From assembly GCA_965222545.1 (NCBI GenBank), contig OZ244954.1:160639-224638 (forward strand): 64,000 nucleotides of DNA, read 5' to 3'. Position 1 is the first letter of the stretch. Every line of letters begins with the position of its first letter. This DNA is from Mycoplasmatales bacterium (GTDB taxonomy: Bacteria > Bacillota_I > Bacilli_A > Mycoplasmatales > G965222545). This document shows positions 36,754-48,617 of this stretch, in pieces. The notes under the pieces were generated by a model that made no database searches, was not told the DNA's origin, and saw only the letters and a list, made by a program, of their open reading frames with translations. The position numbers were made by a program, and so were the translations under genes.

Positions 36754-37413
36754 ATGAAGTTAATAATTTCTGTAGATGGTAATATCGGAAGCGGAAAAAC
36801 TACTTTTATTAGACATTTAAAAAAAAAATATTCTGATTTAATTGAATTTGTTGATGAACCAATAAATGAGTGATTAAATACTAAAAATAGTGAAGGAAAA
36901 AGTATTTTATCGTTATATTATAATGATCAAAAAAGATGATCGTTTGCCTTTCAAATTTATGCAATGCACACTAGAACTATAGCACTTCAAGATGTAATAA
37001 AAAATAGTAAAAAACAAATCATAGTTACAGAAAGAAGTACTAATACAGATGCTAAAGTATTTACTGAAATGCTTTATACACAAAATAAAATTACTGATAT
37101 GGAATATATTATTTATAAAAAACTTTTTGACTCATTATTAATAAAAGCTGATGCTATTATTTATATTAAAACAGATGCTAATAAATGTCTTGATAGACTA
37201 ATAAAACGGAATAGAAGTGGAGAAAAAATTGAATTATCATATTTAGAAAAACTTCATGATGTTCATGAAAAATGAATAAAAAATACTAAATGAATATGAA
37301 CAATTAATGGTAATGAAAATTATTTTCGTTCAAAAGCATCTGAAGAGAAAATTTTTGATACCTTTATTCAAAAAACAAAAAAATGAGAAAGTGCTAAAAA
37401 ATTAAAAAAATAA
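36754..37413 (+). CDS. Deoxynucleoside kinase (dAK/dGK family), paralog 2
   Basis: ISVDGNIGSGKTTF and VTERSTNTD motifs. Track ORF 36964..37275 extends through TGA codons. Confidence 0.8.
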
Positions 37414-37457
37414 TGTAACTACACTATTTTTTATTTTATTAAAATTTTAGTTATTGA

Positions 37458-37982
37458 TTAATTATTTAGTAGGTTTTCTCTATAATCACCAACAGCACTT
37501 ACTTCTTTAGCCCCAGCAACTATTGATATTATTCCTTGTACAAAAACAATTATGTTAGATATTATTGATAAAACTATTACTATATCTTTATTTGATATAT
37601 TTATATTATCACCACTATTTGTTAATGTAGAAATAATTCCAAAAAATCCAAAAATAATAAATAGTATTCCGCCTATTATATTAATAACTCCCATAAATGT
37701 TACTCATGAAGTTGCGATATGGTCTGATCTTTCAATTTTTTTTATCCCACTATGTAAACATATAATTATAATAATTGGCACTACAGCAATAATTACCAAT
37801 CCTATTATTCGAAACAAAGATAAAGCAATTATTGTATTTGCTTGAGTTATAGAATTTGGGGTTTTTCCTGTAGCTATTACATATGTTATTATAGATAAGA
37901 TAAAAGCAAAAACTAATAATGATATATTTACTCAGTTTAATTTAATTGCTTGTTTTATTTTGTATATATATTTTGTATTCAT
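37458..37982 (-). CDS. Hypothetical polytopic membrane protein
   Basis: Track ORF 37458..37694 extends upstream through two TGA codons to ATG at 37982. Four hydrophobic helices. Confidence 0.45.
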
Positions 37983-38064
37983 TTTATTCCTTATAAAATT
38001 ATTATAATATATTTATATATAAAATTAACTTTTATTATATATAATATCTTTTATAAGGAATAAA

Positions 38065-38697
38065 ATGGAAAATGAAGTAAATACACAAAATAATAAAAAA
38101 ATGGAAATAAAAAATCCAAATGCAACTAATGAATTACCTGTTGCATCACCGGTTGGTAAAATAGCATGATATGGAAGTTTTATATTACTATTACCTTTAG
38201 TAATTCACGTACTTATTAGAAACTCATTTGTTAAATCACAAGCAAAAATAAATGAACTATCAAGTGATATAGATGTACAACTAAAAAATAGAAGAGATAC
38301 ACTTATAAAACTTGTTGATGCTACAAAAAGTTATATAAAATATGAAAAAACAGTTTTACAAGATGTAACTAAGTTAAGAAAAATGAATCTTTCGGATAAT
38401 TATGGAAAAGCTGATAGTCATATGAATAGTATGTTTGGAAAAATTGTTGCAGTGGGAGAAAATTATCCTAATTTAAAAGCTGATGAATCAGTAAATAAAT
38501 TAATGGAACAAGCTGCATATTTAGAACAAGAAATTGCAGCATCAAGAAGACTTTATAATTCACAAGTTCAATGATTTAATGCTACTATCTTTACATGACC
38601 AAATGTTATAATTGCAGAATCTATGCATCTTTCAAAACAACCATTTTTTGAAGCAACTACACAGGACAAAGAAGACGTAAGTACAAAATTATTTTAA
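38065..38697 (+). CDS. lemA: LemA family protein
   Basis: N-terminal TM helix, then NYPNLKADESV..LEQEIAASRRLYNSQVQWFN. Confidence 0.8.
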
Positions 38698-38717
38698 TTT
38701 TAAAATAGGAATATATT

Positions 38718-39638
38718 ATGCAAAGAGTTCATACTCTAGAAACTCAATCACAAATTAATGATCATATTGAAGAAAATATAAAACCATTAATTAAAACTGA
38801 AATGAGTAAAGCATTAGAAAAAATGCCCAATTCATTTAATATTATGAATAAGTGATATTATTTTATATTTTTATTTATATTTGGAATAACTTTAATACCA
38901 GTAATATGGCATTTTATTCAAAGAAACAAACAACGTAAAACCATTAAAGAAAATGTAGAAATAGATCACATTTATAAATTAGCAATCAACCAAATAGATG
39001 GATTAGAATTTGTAAAATTTGAAAATGATAAGAATTTTAGTCTTTTAAAACAATATCGTGTTCATTCAATTCCAAGTGATGCCACCATTACTAAAGCTAC
39101 AAGAAAAGTATTTATTAGATTATTTGATAAATATAATCTCGAAATAAGATCTGGTAATGCACATTGAGTAAGAGGAGGTGGGAAATATCGTCAAGATTAT
39201 AATCTACCCACAGGATATATAATTTTTAAAGGAAATATTCCAAATTGAAATTCATTTAATTATTCAATTAGCAATAAAAAGAAACTTTTAGGGAATAAAT
39301 CATATATTAAACTTGAAAGTGATGAATTTAATAAACAATTTGGATTTGCTGCAAACGACCCTGTAAAAGCTAGAATGTTATATACACCATTATGTATGGA
39401 AAAAACTATAGCCCAAAATAAGATAGTTAATTTACATTGATGAAAAATTAATAAAACAAAAGACTTCTTTAAGATAATATTTCAACCACGAAATTGAAGT
39501 GAAATTGAACTTACAGTAAATTTTAGATTTAAAAATGATATTGATTCATTAACTACAGATCTAATAAATGGACTTGAAAAAAGTGTATTTTTAATTTATA
39601 AAATACTTGGAATTATAATTATTCCTCCTATGTTATAA
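38718..39638 (+). CDS. Hypothetical membrane protein co-oriented with lemA (DUF3137-like guess)
   Basis: 306-codon code-4 ORF with five TGA codons, one TM helix near residue 50 and one at the extreme C-terminus. Confidence 0.45.
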
Positions 39639-39662
39639 TTGGCGTAAGATTTCTTACATATT

Positions 39663-39748
39663 TGGTACCTGAAACCGGACTTGAACCGGTACAAACTTTC
39701 ATTCGGAAGACTTTGAATCTTCTGCGTCTACCATTCCGCCATTCAGGC
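39663..39748 (-). tRNA. tRNA-Leu (anticodon CAA) with encoded CCA
   Basis: Minus strand reads GCCTGAATGGCGGAATGGTAGACGCAGAAGATTCAAAGTCTTC..long variable arm..GGTTCAAGTCCGGTTTCAGGTACCA. Cloverleaf has 7-bp acceptor, 5-bp anticodon and T stems. Confidence 0.9.
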
Positions 39749-39856
39749 AATTTTTAATTAAGAAAAGCTATTATTACTATCTAATATTTTTTTCTTATGT
39801 TGAATTATATCATATATTATATTTATTTGATTTATACTATATATAGGAAATATATA

Positions 39857-40345
39857 ATGACAAATAAGAAAAAAATTTATTTAAATATAGCAAAAATTTC
39901 TAATTATTATTTATTTTATATAAAGTATGATAAAAATGAATATAGTAAAATAAGAATAAAATTTTGTAATTATTATGCTGGAACTGATGATTGAAAAATA
40001 TTGGCTTCTAAACTTTTCTTTTGCCAGATAAGAATAATTGCAGTGTATAAAGCGATGATTACTAAAATACATAATATTTATAGTGATCAATTATCTGTAA
40101 AAAAATTAAGAAAAATAATTACCGAAAAACAAAAATTATTAAAACAAGAAATTCATAAAAAAGATAGAATAAAACAGAAAATTCTAAGTGATGAAAGTAA
40201 ACTTTTAATTGAAGTAGTTTCAGAAGATGATTCAAATAAATTTATTACTAAAGCTATTACTCAAAAGAGCTTTTTAGAAATGGAAAAAAAATTAACAAAA
40301 GCAATTATTGATACAGTTAATTCAAATTTTATAATTAAAGATTAA
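39857..40345 (+). CDS. Hypothetical Lys-rich helical protein
   Basis: ATG 39857 joins track ORF 40001..40345 through one TGA. No recognisable motif. Confidence 0.35.
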
Positions 40346-41160
40346 TTTTCATCTATTTGTTCTGATATAAATTTTGTAAATTCATTAGCTGAACTAGAAA
40401 TTATATTTTCAAGGCTATTTATTATCGTTAAGTTCATCTATTAATAATCCTGTAAAGTATTTTAATCTTTTTACAATTTTTTTCTTTTTAGTTAAACTTA
40501 TGCTTGAATTATTTACTCATAATTCATGTTCGCTTTTTATTGAATTATTTATTATCCCTATTATTGGAATAAAGAAATCTTTTTCTATAATATAAATTTA
40601 TTTAAACTTAATAACTTCTTTTATTACTTCAAAATCTTCACCAGAAGATATTAAAATAATACATTTTACATTATTTTTTTTGTTATTCATCAAGGTTTTA
40701 AATATAATCATCATTTTTATTAAGTGGTTTAATAATATTTAGCTTTTCCTCTTTAATAATTATAGTGTCTAATATATTTTTATTTTTGTCATCATTTTAT
40801 AAGGATAAATTTTTTCACTATTATCAAATATACTTTTTTTAGATGAAACAGAACTTTCTTTTTTTAAGTCATAAACACTTTTCAAATTTTTTATTAATTC
40901 ATTGTATTGAAATTGTCTTAAATTCTTTTAATTTTTTGGCAAAGTCTAATTGTAATTTTTAAATTTAACCTAAAAATTTCATTAGTTTGTTTAGATATTT
41001 TATTTTGTTTATATTCTATTAATTTATTTATTTTATCACTAGCATTATTTTTTAGTAAATTTTTTTATTTTGTTTATGCATGATATCAAAATATTGGCCC
41101 GCTTTATTATAAACATAAATATTACTTTGTTTTTTGTTTACTTTTTGCTTTTTTCACTTA
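40346..41160 (-). pseudogene. Decayed gene remnant of unknown family
   Basis: 815 bp with no ORF of 60 aa or more on either strand. The minus strand gives protein-like stretches in three frames (..NVKCIILISSGEDFEVIKEVIKFK*, IIEKDFFIPIIGIINNSIKSEHELWVNNSSISLTKKKKIVKRLKYFTGLLIDELNDNK*) broken by TAA/TAG stops and frameshifts. Confidence 0.3.
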
Positions 41161-41211
41161 TATAATTATATAATAATTTCATTATAAATTTATTAAAATA
41201 TTAACATAGAA

Positions 41212-41778
41212 ATGAAAAAATTAATTCTTATATCCGGACCAAGCGCTACTGGAAAAGATACAATTAATGATTTACTTTTTCAAGATAAAAAATTTATTAA
41301 AAAAAATGAAATAAGTTATTCAGTTTCATATACAACAAGAAAAAAAAGAAAGGGAGAAACCAATAGTATTAATTATTATTTTGTTTCAAAAGATGAATTT
41401 GAGAAAATGATAAAAAAAGACTATTTTACCGAGTATGTTAAATATGGTGATAATTATTATGGTACAAGTAAAGAATTAATAAAAAATAATTTAAAAACTG
41501 AAAATATCATTTTAAAAATTGATGTTATTGGAGGAAAAAAAATTATGAAGTTGTTTAAAGATCAAATTATATCTTTTTTTATTTTACCTCCAAGTATTCA
41601 TGAATTAAAAAAAAGAATGTTACAAAGAAACTTTAACACAAAAGGTGAAATAGAAAAACGAATTCAAACTGCTAGAAAAGAAATTAAAGAAAAAAATAAT
41701 TACCAATATATAATTGAGAATAATAATATAAATATTACTGTTTCTAAAATAAAAAAAATTCTTAATACTTGTTTATAA
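41212..41778 (+). CDS. gmk: Guanylate kinase
   Basis: ISGPSATGKDT, YTTRKKRKGE and YYFVSKDEF motifs. Confidence 0.9.
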   Translation: MKKLILISGPSATGKDTINDLLFQDKKFIKKNEISYSVSYTTRKKRKGETNSINYYFVSKDEFEKMIKKDYFTEYVKYGDNYYGTSKELIKNNLKTENIILKIDVIGGKKIMKLFKDQIISFFILPPSIHELKKRMLQRNFNTKGEIEKRIQTARKEIKEKNNYQYIIENNNINITVSKIKKILNTCL

Positions 41779-41801
41779 AATTTTAATATAAAATATAAAA
41801 T

Positions 41802-42545
41802 ATGAACAAATTAGTTTATTGTAAAAAAACGATTAAAGGGAATTATCGAAAAGAAAATCAAGACGCAATAGAAATAGTTAAAAATCCAAAAATTAATGGA
41901 GTTATAGGTATATTATGTGATGGAATGGGCGGACACGATGGTGGTGCTTTTGCAAGTCAAAAAACAGTTAAATTTATAGCAAATAAGTTTATGAATATAA
42001 ATAATCACTTTAAAGATAATACTGAAACAAAAAAATGAATTTATACAACAGTTAGCAACTGTCAAAAAAAATTAAATAAATATGCTAAAAGAAATAATAA
42101 TCTTGCAGATATGGGAACAACAATTGTTATATCAATAATTTACAAAAGGAAACTATTTATTTTTCACGCTGGGGATTCACGATTATATTATATTAACTCA
42201 TCATCAATTATGGATCAAGTTACTTTAGATCATAATGTTCAAAACTATACTTCTATGTCAAACATTTCACATAGTAGAAGTTTAGTTCACGCAATGGGTC
42301 CGCAAAAATTTTCAGATGAAAATGATTTAAGATCAACAGTTCAAACTATTGATTTAAGTAATGAAAAAACTTACTCAATATTTTTATGTAGTGACGGAAT
42401 ATACGAAGTAATTAGTGAAAATGAATTACATGAACTATTAACTACATCTAAATTGCCTTTTGAAAAAATAGAGAACATCATCAATAAAGCTGTTGAATAT
42501 GATAGTAAAGATAATTGTTCAGTTATCTTGTTTGAATACAAATAA
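41802..42545 (+). CDS. prpC: PP2C-family Ser/Thr protein phosphatase
   Basis: NQDA, LCDGMGGHDGG, GTTIV, HAGDSRLY, CSDG and DN.S motifs. Fragments 41802.. and 42111.. are in the same frame. Confidence 0.85.
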
Positions 42546-43573
42546 TGAAAAACACTATTATTAATAATCGTTACAAATTGATTAAAAAAATTGGCAAAGG
42601 TGGATCATCGTTAGTTTATAAAGCCATTGATACAATATCTGAAACAAAAGAAAAAATTATTGCAATTAAAATTTTAAGTCCATCCGATGATAAAGAAAAA
42701 TATAATTTAAATATTAAAAGACTTAAGCGAGAAGTTGAAATTCTAAGTGAATTAAAAGGTAATAATATTGTTAAAATATATGATTATAATTTTTCTGATA
42801 ATAATTATTATATTGTGATGGAATATTTGGAAGGATCCACGCTAAAACAAATAATAAATAAAAGAAAATTTGAAATAAATGAATCTTTAGATATTATTAT
42901 ACAAATTGCTAAATGTATTAGTCAAATTCATAAACAAAATATAATTCATCGCGATATTAAACCTGAAAATATTATTTATTTAGATTCTTCACAAATTAAA
43001 ATTTTGGATCTTGGAATAAGTTTTAAGGAAGATCAAACAGAAAATATAACCGAAGAAGGAAATATAATTGGTAGTATGTCTTATATTGCACCAGAAATTG
43101 TTGACAATAAAAAACCAACGAAAAATAGTGATATATATTCTCTTGGAATTATTTTATATGAACTTTTAGCAGGAAAATTACCATATGGTGGTAAAAGTGG
43201 TGTTGAGATAGCAAGAAAACATTTAGAAGCTAGATTTCCGGAAATTATGAAAATTAATCCAAAAGTGAATAATGAAATAAGTAGCATTATTGCAAATGCA
43301 TGTAACAAGGATCCAAGTAAACGTTATAAAGATATTGATAAATTTATTTTAGAAATAGAAACTGTTAGAAAAACTTATCGCTTACATTCAAAGACTAATC
43401 AAACATTAGTAAATATATCATTTAATAAATATAAAAATAGATTTAATAGTAATGCATTTAAATCAAGTAAAAAACAAAGAATAAAAAATAAAAGACTTTT
43501 ATGATTAAAAATATTGTGTTTATTTGGTATATTTGGATCTATTTTCTTTGTAATAATTATATTTTTAATATAA
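42545..43573 (+). CDS. prkC: Hanks-type Ser/Thr protein kinase with C-terminal TM anchor and no PASTA domains
   Basis: GKGGSSLVYKA, AIK, HRDIKPEN and DLGIS motifs. The ORF continues past TGA at 43502 into a hydrophobic tail and ends at TAA 43571. Confidence 0.9.
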
Positions 43574-43610
43574 AATAATTTTTAATTAGTTGTTTTGTTA
43601 AAATTATTAT

Positions 43611-44339
43611 ATGAAACTAGATATATTTAAAGATAAAAATAATAAAGATGATAAGGACTATACTTTTGTTAAGCATTTTGATAATGAAGTAGCAGTTAGT
43701 ATTCTTAACGCTAATTTCTATAACTTATCAAAAATTATTAAGATTATTAACACAAGCAATGCTGATGCAATTCACTATGATGTAATGGATGGTCATTTTG
43801 TAAGTAATATATCATTTGGACATAAAATATTATGTGATATTAAGCCATATACTAAAAAAGCACTTGAAGTACACTTAATGATATCTGATCCAATTGTTCA
43901 TGTTCAAAAATATATTGATGCTGGAGCTGATATGATAATTGTCCATTTTGAATCTTTTTATTATCGTGAAATTAAACAATTTTTTTTAGATCTAAGGGCA
44001 AAAAAAATTGGATGTGGTATTTCTATTAAACCTGAAACTAATATTGAACAAATATATGAATATTTAGATTTTATTGATGAGGTTATGATAATGACAGTAC
44101 AACCTGGAAAAGGTGGTCAAAAATTTATTCAAAAAATGCTTGAAAAAATAGCAATTCTTTCCAATTATCTATATGAAAAAAAATTATATAAAAATATAAA
44201 AATTAGTGTAGATGGTGGTATTGATGATAAAACAGCATTAATGTGCTCTAAAGTTGGTGTAACAAAATTTGTATCTGGTAATTATTTATTAAAAAATAAT
44301 ATTAGCGCAGGAATAGATAAAATAAAAAATGTTAAATAA
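43611..44339 (+). CDS. rpe: Ribulose-phosphate 3-epimerase
   Basis: HYDVMDGHFVSNISFG, MTVQPGKGGQKF and VDGGI motifs. Confidence 0.9.
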   Translation: MKLDIFKDKNNKDDKDYTFVKHFDNEVAVSILNANFYNLSKIIKIINTSNADAIHYDVMDGHFVSNISFGHKILCDIKPYTKKALEVHLMISDPIVHVQKYIDAGADMIIVHFESFYYREIKQFFLDLRAKKIGCGISIKPETNIEQIYEYLDFIDEVMIMTVQPGKGGQKFIQKMLEKIAILSNYLYEKKLYKNIKISVDGGIDDKTALMCSKVGVTKFVSGNYLLKNNISAGIDKIKNVK

Positions 44340-44922
44340 AATCTGTGTAATAATCGGCCCAAATTATGATTTTAAATATGTTTATAAAATTATTGAAAAA
44401 TATCCAAACACCGATTTCATTGGTGTTGAAACTGGATCTCTTTATTTAAAAAAAAATAAAATTAAAGCAATATTAAATATATCTGATTTTGATACTTGAG
44501 TAGATGGTAAAACCACACCACTTAATAATAAAATCATAAAAACTTCAAACGATATTACTGATTTAGAATTTGCAATTAAAATAGCTAAAGATAAACAGTA
44601 TGAAACAATTGTATGTATTGTTGATGGACCTAGATGAGATCACACATATAATAATTTATTACTTGTAATTAATTACAATATTCACCTTTATAATAGTAAA
44701 TCTTTTTGCTATACAATTAATAATAATAAGTGAGTTAAAATATATAAAAATAATTACAAGTATTTAAGTTTTATAAATATTTATCATGACAGTTTAGTTT
44801 CAACTAAAGGATTAAAGTGAAATGTTAAAAACTATCAAAGTAGTTCAATTTCAAATGAAATTATAAGTTTAAATTGCTATATTATGACTAAAAAAAGTTT
44901 AATTATTATACAAAGTAACTAA
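44329..44922 (+). CDS. Thiamine pyrophosphokinase-like protein
   Basis: SDFDT and DITDLEFAI motifs. It occupies the position after rpe, as in the Firmicute prkC-rpe-thiN block. Five TGA codons. Confidence 0.55.
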
Positions 44923-45104
44923 CCAAGTTGATTTTTTTTCTTAAGTGTTTTATAAGTTTTCATGCTTACTCTAACTTTTTTACCATCTTTTAAAGTACAT
45001 TTAATTAGATTTAAATTTCACTTTCTTTTAGTAATATTAAGCGCATTACTTCTATTATTTCCAGATAGAGCACTTTTTTTTGTTATATCATCTTTTCTTG
45101 CCAT
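44919..45104 (-). CDS. rpmB: 50S ribosomal protein L28
   Basis: 61-aa product [33 protein letters not shown].... Confidence 0.85.
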
Positions 45105-45190
45105 AATTTTCCTTATATTTAGTATATCATAATCAATTAAAATTTTTAATAATAAAGTTAATTTTTTATTCTATAATTATTTTATAAAAA

Positions 45191-46846
45191 ATGAGTCAAG
45201 ATCAAAATGATTTGCTAATTATTAAGAACGCAATAGAAAGCGGCGTTAATAATGTTTCAATTCATAAACAAGAATTAAATGAACTAAATGTTTTTCCTAT
45301 TCCTGATGGTGATACTGGATATAATTTAAATGCTACACTTTTAAGTGGATGAGATGCAATTAAGAATTCAAATTATAAATCTAGAAAAATTATGTTAAAT
45401 GATTTTTCAGAAGGTTTATTGTTTGGAGCTAGAGGAAATTCAGGTGTTGTTTTTACACAAATTATAAGAGGACTTGTTAAACACATTATTAAAATACCAG
45501 TAAAGGATAAAATTAAATTTACTGATTTTTATTCTGCTTTATTAAAGTGTAAAAAGTTTGCTTATAAATCAATAAATAAACCAGTTGAAGGCACTTTATT
45601 AACTATTATTTCGGATTTAGTAAGTAAGTTACCAAAAAAAATGAAAGGTGTAAAAAACTATATTGAAGGTATTAAAATTATTGTTGATATTGCTGATAAA
45701 TCAGTTAAAAATACTCCAAATTTACTTCCTGTTTTGAAAGAAGCTGGAGTTGTTGATAGCGGGGCAAAAGGATTATATTATTTTTTAGAAGGAATCTTGT
45801 TATCAAACGAAGGTAATCCTGTTCAACTTGGTAAAAGAAGAGATGCTGTTGTAGTAGATACAGAATATAATAAAAACAACGAACTTGATTATAAACTTAC
45901 AATGTTGGGTTATTGTACTGAATTTATAATTCAGTTAAAACCAAAAATGAAAATTAATAATGTTCAGAAATTAATAACCAAAGAACTTGAGAAGTCAAAT
46001 TATAATTCATTTGTTATTTTGAATGAAAAAAAACATATTAAAGTACACGTTCATACTTTCAAACCATCTAAGGTTTTACAGTTAGCTCATAAATATGGTG
46101 AATTTATTAAAGTAAAAGTTGATAATATGACTCTTCAAAATCAACACGTACAAGAATTTAAAAATATTCACATGGGTAAATTAGATATTAATAAAACATA
46201 TGTAATTTCCTTTGTAACCGGAAATGGCTGAGGTTATATCTTGAAAAAAACAGGAATATCTAAAGTAGTTATTTATAATGGTAGTTCTATTCCCTCAGTT
46301 AAAAAAATAGTTGAATTAATAAAAAGAGCGTTAACTAAAAACATCATTATATTATCTAATAATTCAAATTTAAATATGGCAATTAATGAAGCTATAAAAA
46401 TATGTAGTAACTATAATATTTATTTAACTTCTTCATCAAATAATGGTGAGATTTATGCTGCCTTAAATTATTATAATTTAGACCTTTCGTTTAAGGATCA
46501 AAAACAGGTTTTTGAAGAAAGTATTAAAAATAGTTTAGTAGTAAATATTTCCCAAGCTTCTAAAAAATATAAAAATAATAGTGTAGAGATAATTGAAAAT
46601 GACTATATTTCTATCATTAATAGTGAAATTAAATATGCAGATAAAAATTTTAATAGATTAATTAAAAAATGTTTTTCAAAAATTAATTTAAATAAGTATG
46701 ATTTAATAACACTTTTTTATGGTACAAAAATTTCTAAAGATAAAGCCCAAAAACTAAGTGAATTTTTAGAAAATAAATATAACCTAGATATAAAAGTAAT
46801 TAAAGGAGATAATAAAATTTATTTGTATACAATAATTTTTGAATAA
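45191..46846 (+). CDS. yloV: DAK2 domain fusion protein (YloV family)
   Basis: PDGDTGYN and GARGNSGVV motifs. Fragments 45392.. and 46241.. share the frame with ATG 45191. Confidence 0.8.
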
Positions 46847-48596
46847 AATAATGAAAAAAATTGGAATAGATATATATGGATTTGATAATGGGTTTATTCA
46901 CCCTATAAAAGCAGTAATTAATTTTGCACAAAAACATTTAGATATAAAAATATTTATCTTTGGGAAAAAAGAAGATGTAAACAAGGTAACTACACAATTA
47001 GGAGTAAATATTATTGTGGTAGAAGGAGACGATAGTATAACTAGTAATGATTCATCCTTAGAATTTAGGAATAAACCGAATTCATCATTAGTTATTGGTT
47101 TAAAGTATTTATCTAAAGGTACAATTGATTTTTTTATTAGTTCAAATAATAGTTCAACTTATTTACTTGCAGCATTAACCTATATTGGTACACTAAAACC
47201 AAAAATGCGAGTTGCTTTTGCTTCATATTTTCCGACAGCTATTGACGATAAGATGGTTTTATTTTTAGATTCTGGAGCAAATTTAACACTTCAACCAGAT
47301 AGTTATTTAGAATTAGCTTTTTTATCAAGAGAAATTTTAAAAAAAATGGGAATAAATAATCCTAGCGTTGGGCTATTAAATAATGGTAATGAAGTTAATA
47401 AAGGTATTCCTGAAGTAAAAGCTGCTTACGGAAAACTTGCTAAATATAAAAATCAAATAAATTTTATTGGTAATATTGAGCCAAGACAAATATTAAAAGG
47501 AGATGCAGATATCATTTTGTGTAATGGATGAAACGGTAATATTGCAGTTAAATCAATCGAAGGAACTGCTGATGTTCTTATGTTTGATATTAAAAGACAA
47601 ATTAAAAAAATAATTAAAAACCCTCTAGTATTATGATATTTAAAGAAAGCACTAAAACCATTAAAAGAAAAATATAATGCAAATAAATATGGATTTGGAC
47701 AATTAGTGGGTCTTAAAAAACCTTGTATTAAAGTACATAGTTTTGGCGGATCTGAAAATTTTAGATATGCCTTAGAAAGTGCTTATCAACAATTACAATT
47801 AAGAAAACAAACCACTTTAACAAAAACTATCGTTGAAGATGAACAAACAATAATTAAAAAAAATTATGAAAAAATTATTCCGCTATTAAAAGAATTTAAA
47901 ATCAAACCTAAAAATATTGAATTATATGTTAAAAGTTTAACTCACTCATCTTGAACTATTGACCATAAATCATTTGAAAGTGATTTTAATTATGAAAGAC
48001 TTGAGCATAGCGGTGATAAAGCAATTAACTATTTTGTTACTAGATATTTAGATAGAACATTTCCTGAAATGGATCAGGGAACTGTTTCTAAAATTAATTC
48101 AAGAATCATCTCTAATAAAAATCTTTCAACAGTAGCAAAATTACTTAATTTTGAAAAATTTGTATTTTACGGAAAAAGTATTACTAACCCATTAAATGAT
48201 TTTTCAGATAAAATTTGAGCAAGTTTTTTTGAAGGATTTATTGGTGCTATAGTTAATGATTATAATAATGATGAAGGAAATAAAATTATTGATTTTATAG
48301 TTGAAGAAATCATAATAAAAAAAGCAAAAGAAGATGAACTTTTAACTAAAGATGATGATTATAAAACACAGTTACAAGAGTATTTAAAGCAAATAAACAA
48401 CAATATTACAATTAATTACAAAACACTAAGTGAAAACTATAAAAATAATAAGAGTTTTTTTGAAGAAGCGATTTTTATTAATGGAAAGAAAGTTATTACA
48501 GGAACAGGTACTAAGAAAATTGATATTCATCAAAAAATAGCTAAAATATATATAAATAAATTACAATCAGAAATTAAAAAAGAAATAGATAAATAA
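46839..48596 (+). CDS. plsX/rnc: In-frame fusion of phosphate acyltransferase PlsX and ribonuclease III
   Basis: One code-4 ORF of 585 codons. The PlsX part runs from IGIDIYGFDNG through CNGWNGNIAVKSIEG to FGGSENFRYALESAYQQ. About 20 linker residues follow. The RNase III part has LTHSSW, ERLEHSGDKAINYF, FEGFIGAI and a dsRBD (DYKTQLQEYL). No stop of any kind and no in-frame ATG/GTG/TTG occurs between the modules. Confidence 0.8.
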
Positions 48597-48617
48597 TTTT
48601 TTACTATAATAATATTA

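Noticed and set aside
39663-41211. Integrated mobile element at tRNA-Leu.
   Set aside because: I found no integrase, recombinase or transposase motif, and no direct repeat of the tRNA 3' end. The region is on the 5' side of the tRNA. It is reported only as a gene-decay zone.
42545-43573. PrkC-like kinase lacking PASTA domains, considered as an anomaly.
   Set aside because: This is expected for a wall-less organism. The prpC-prkC pair is otherwise standard.
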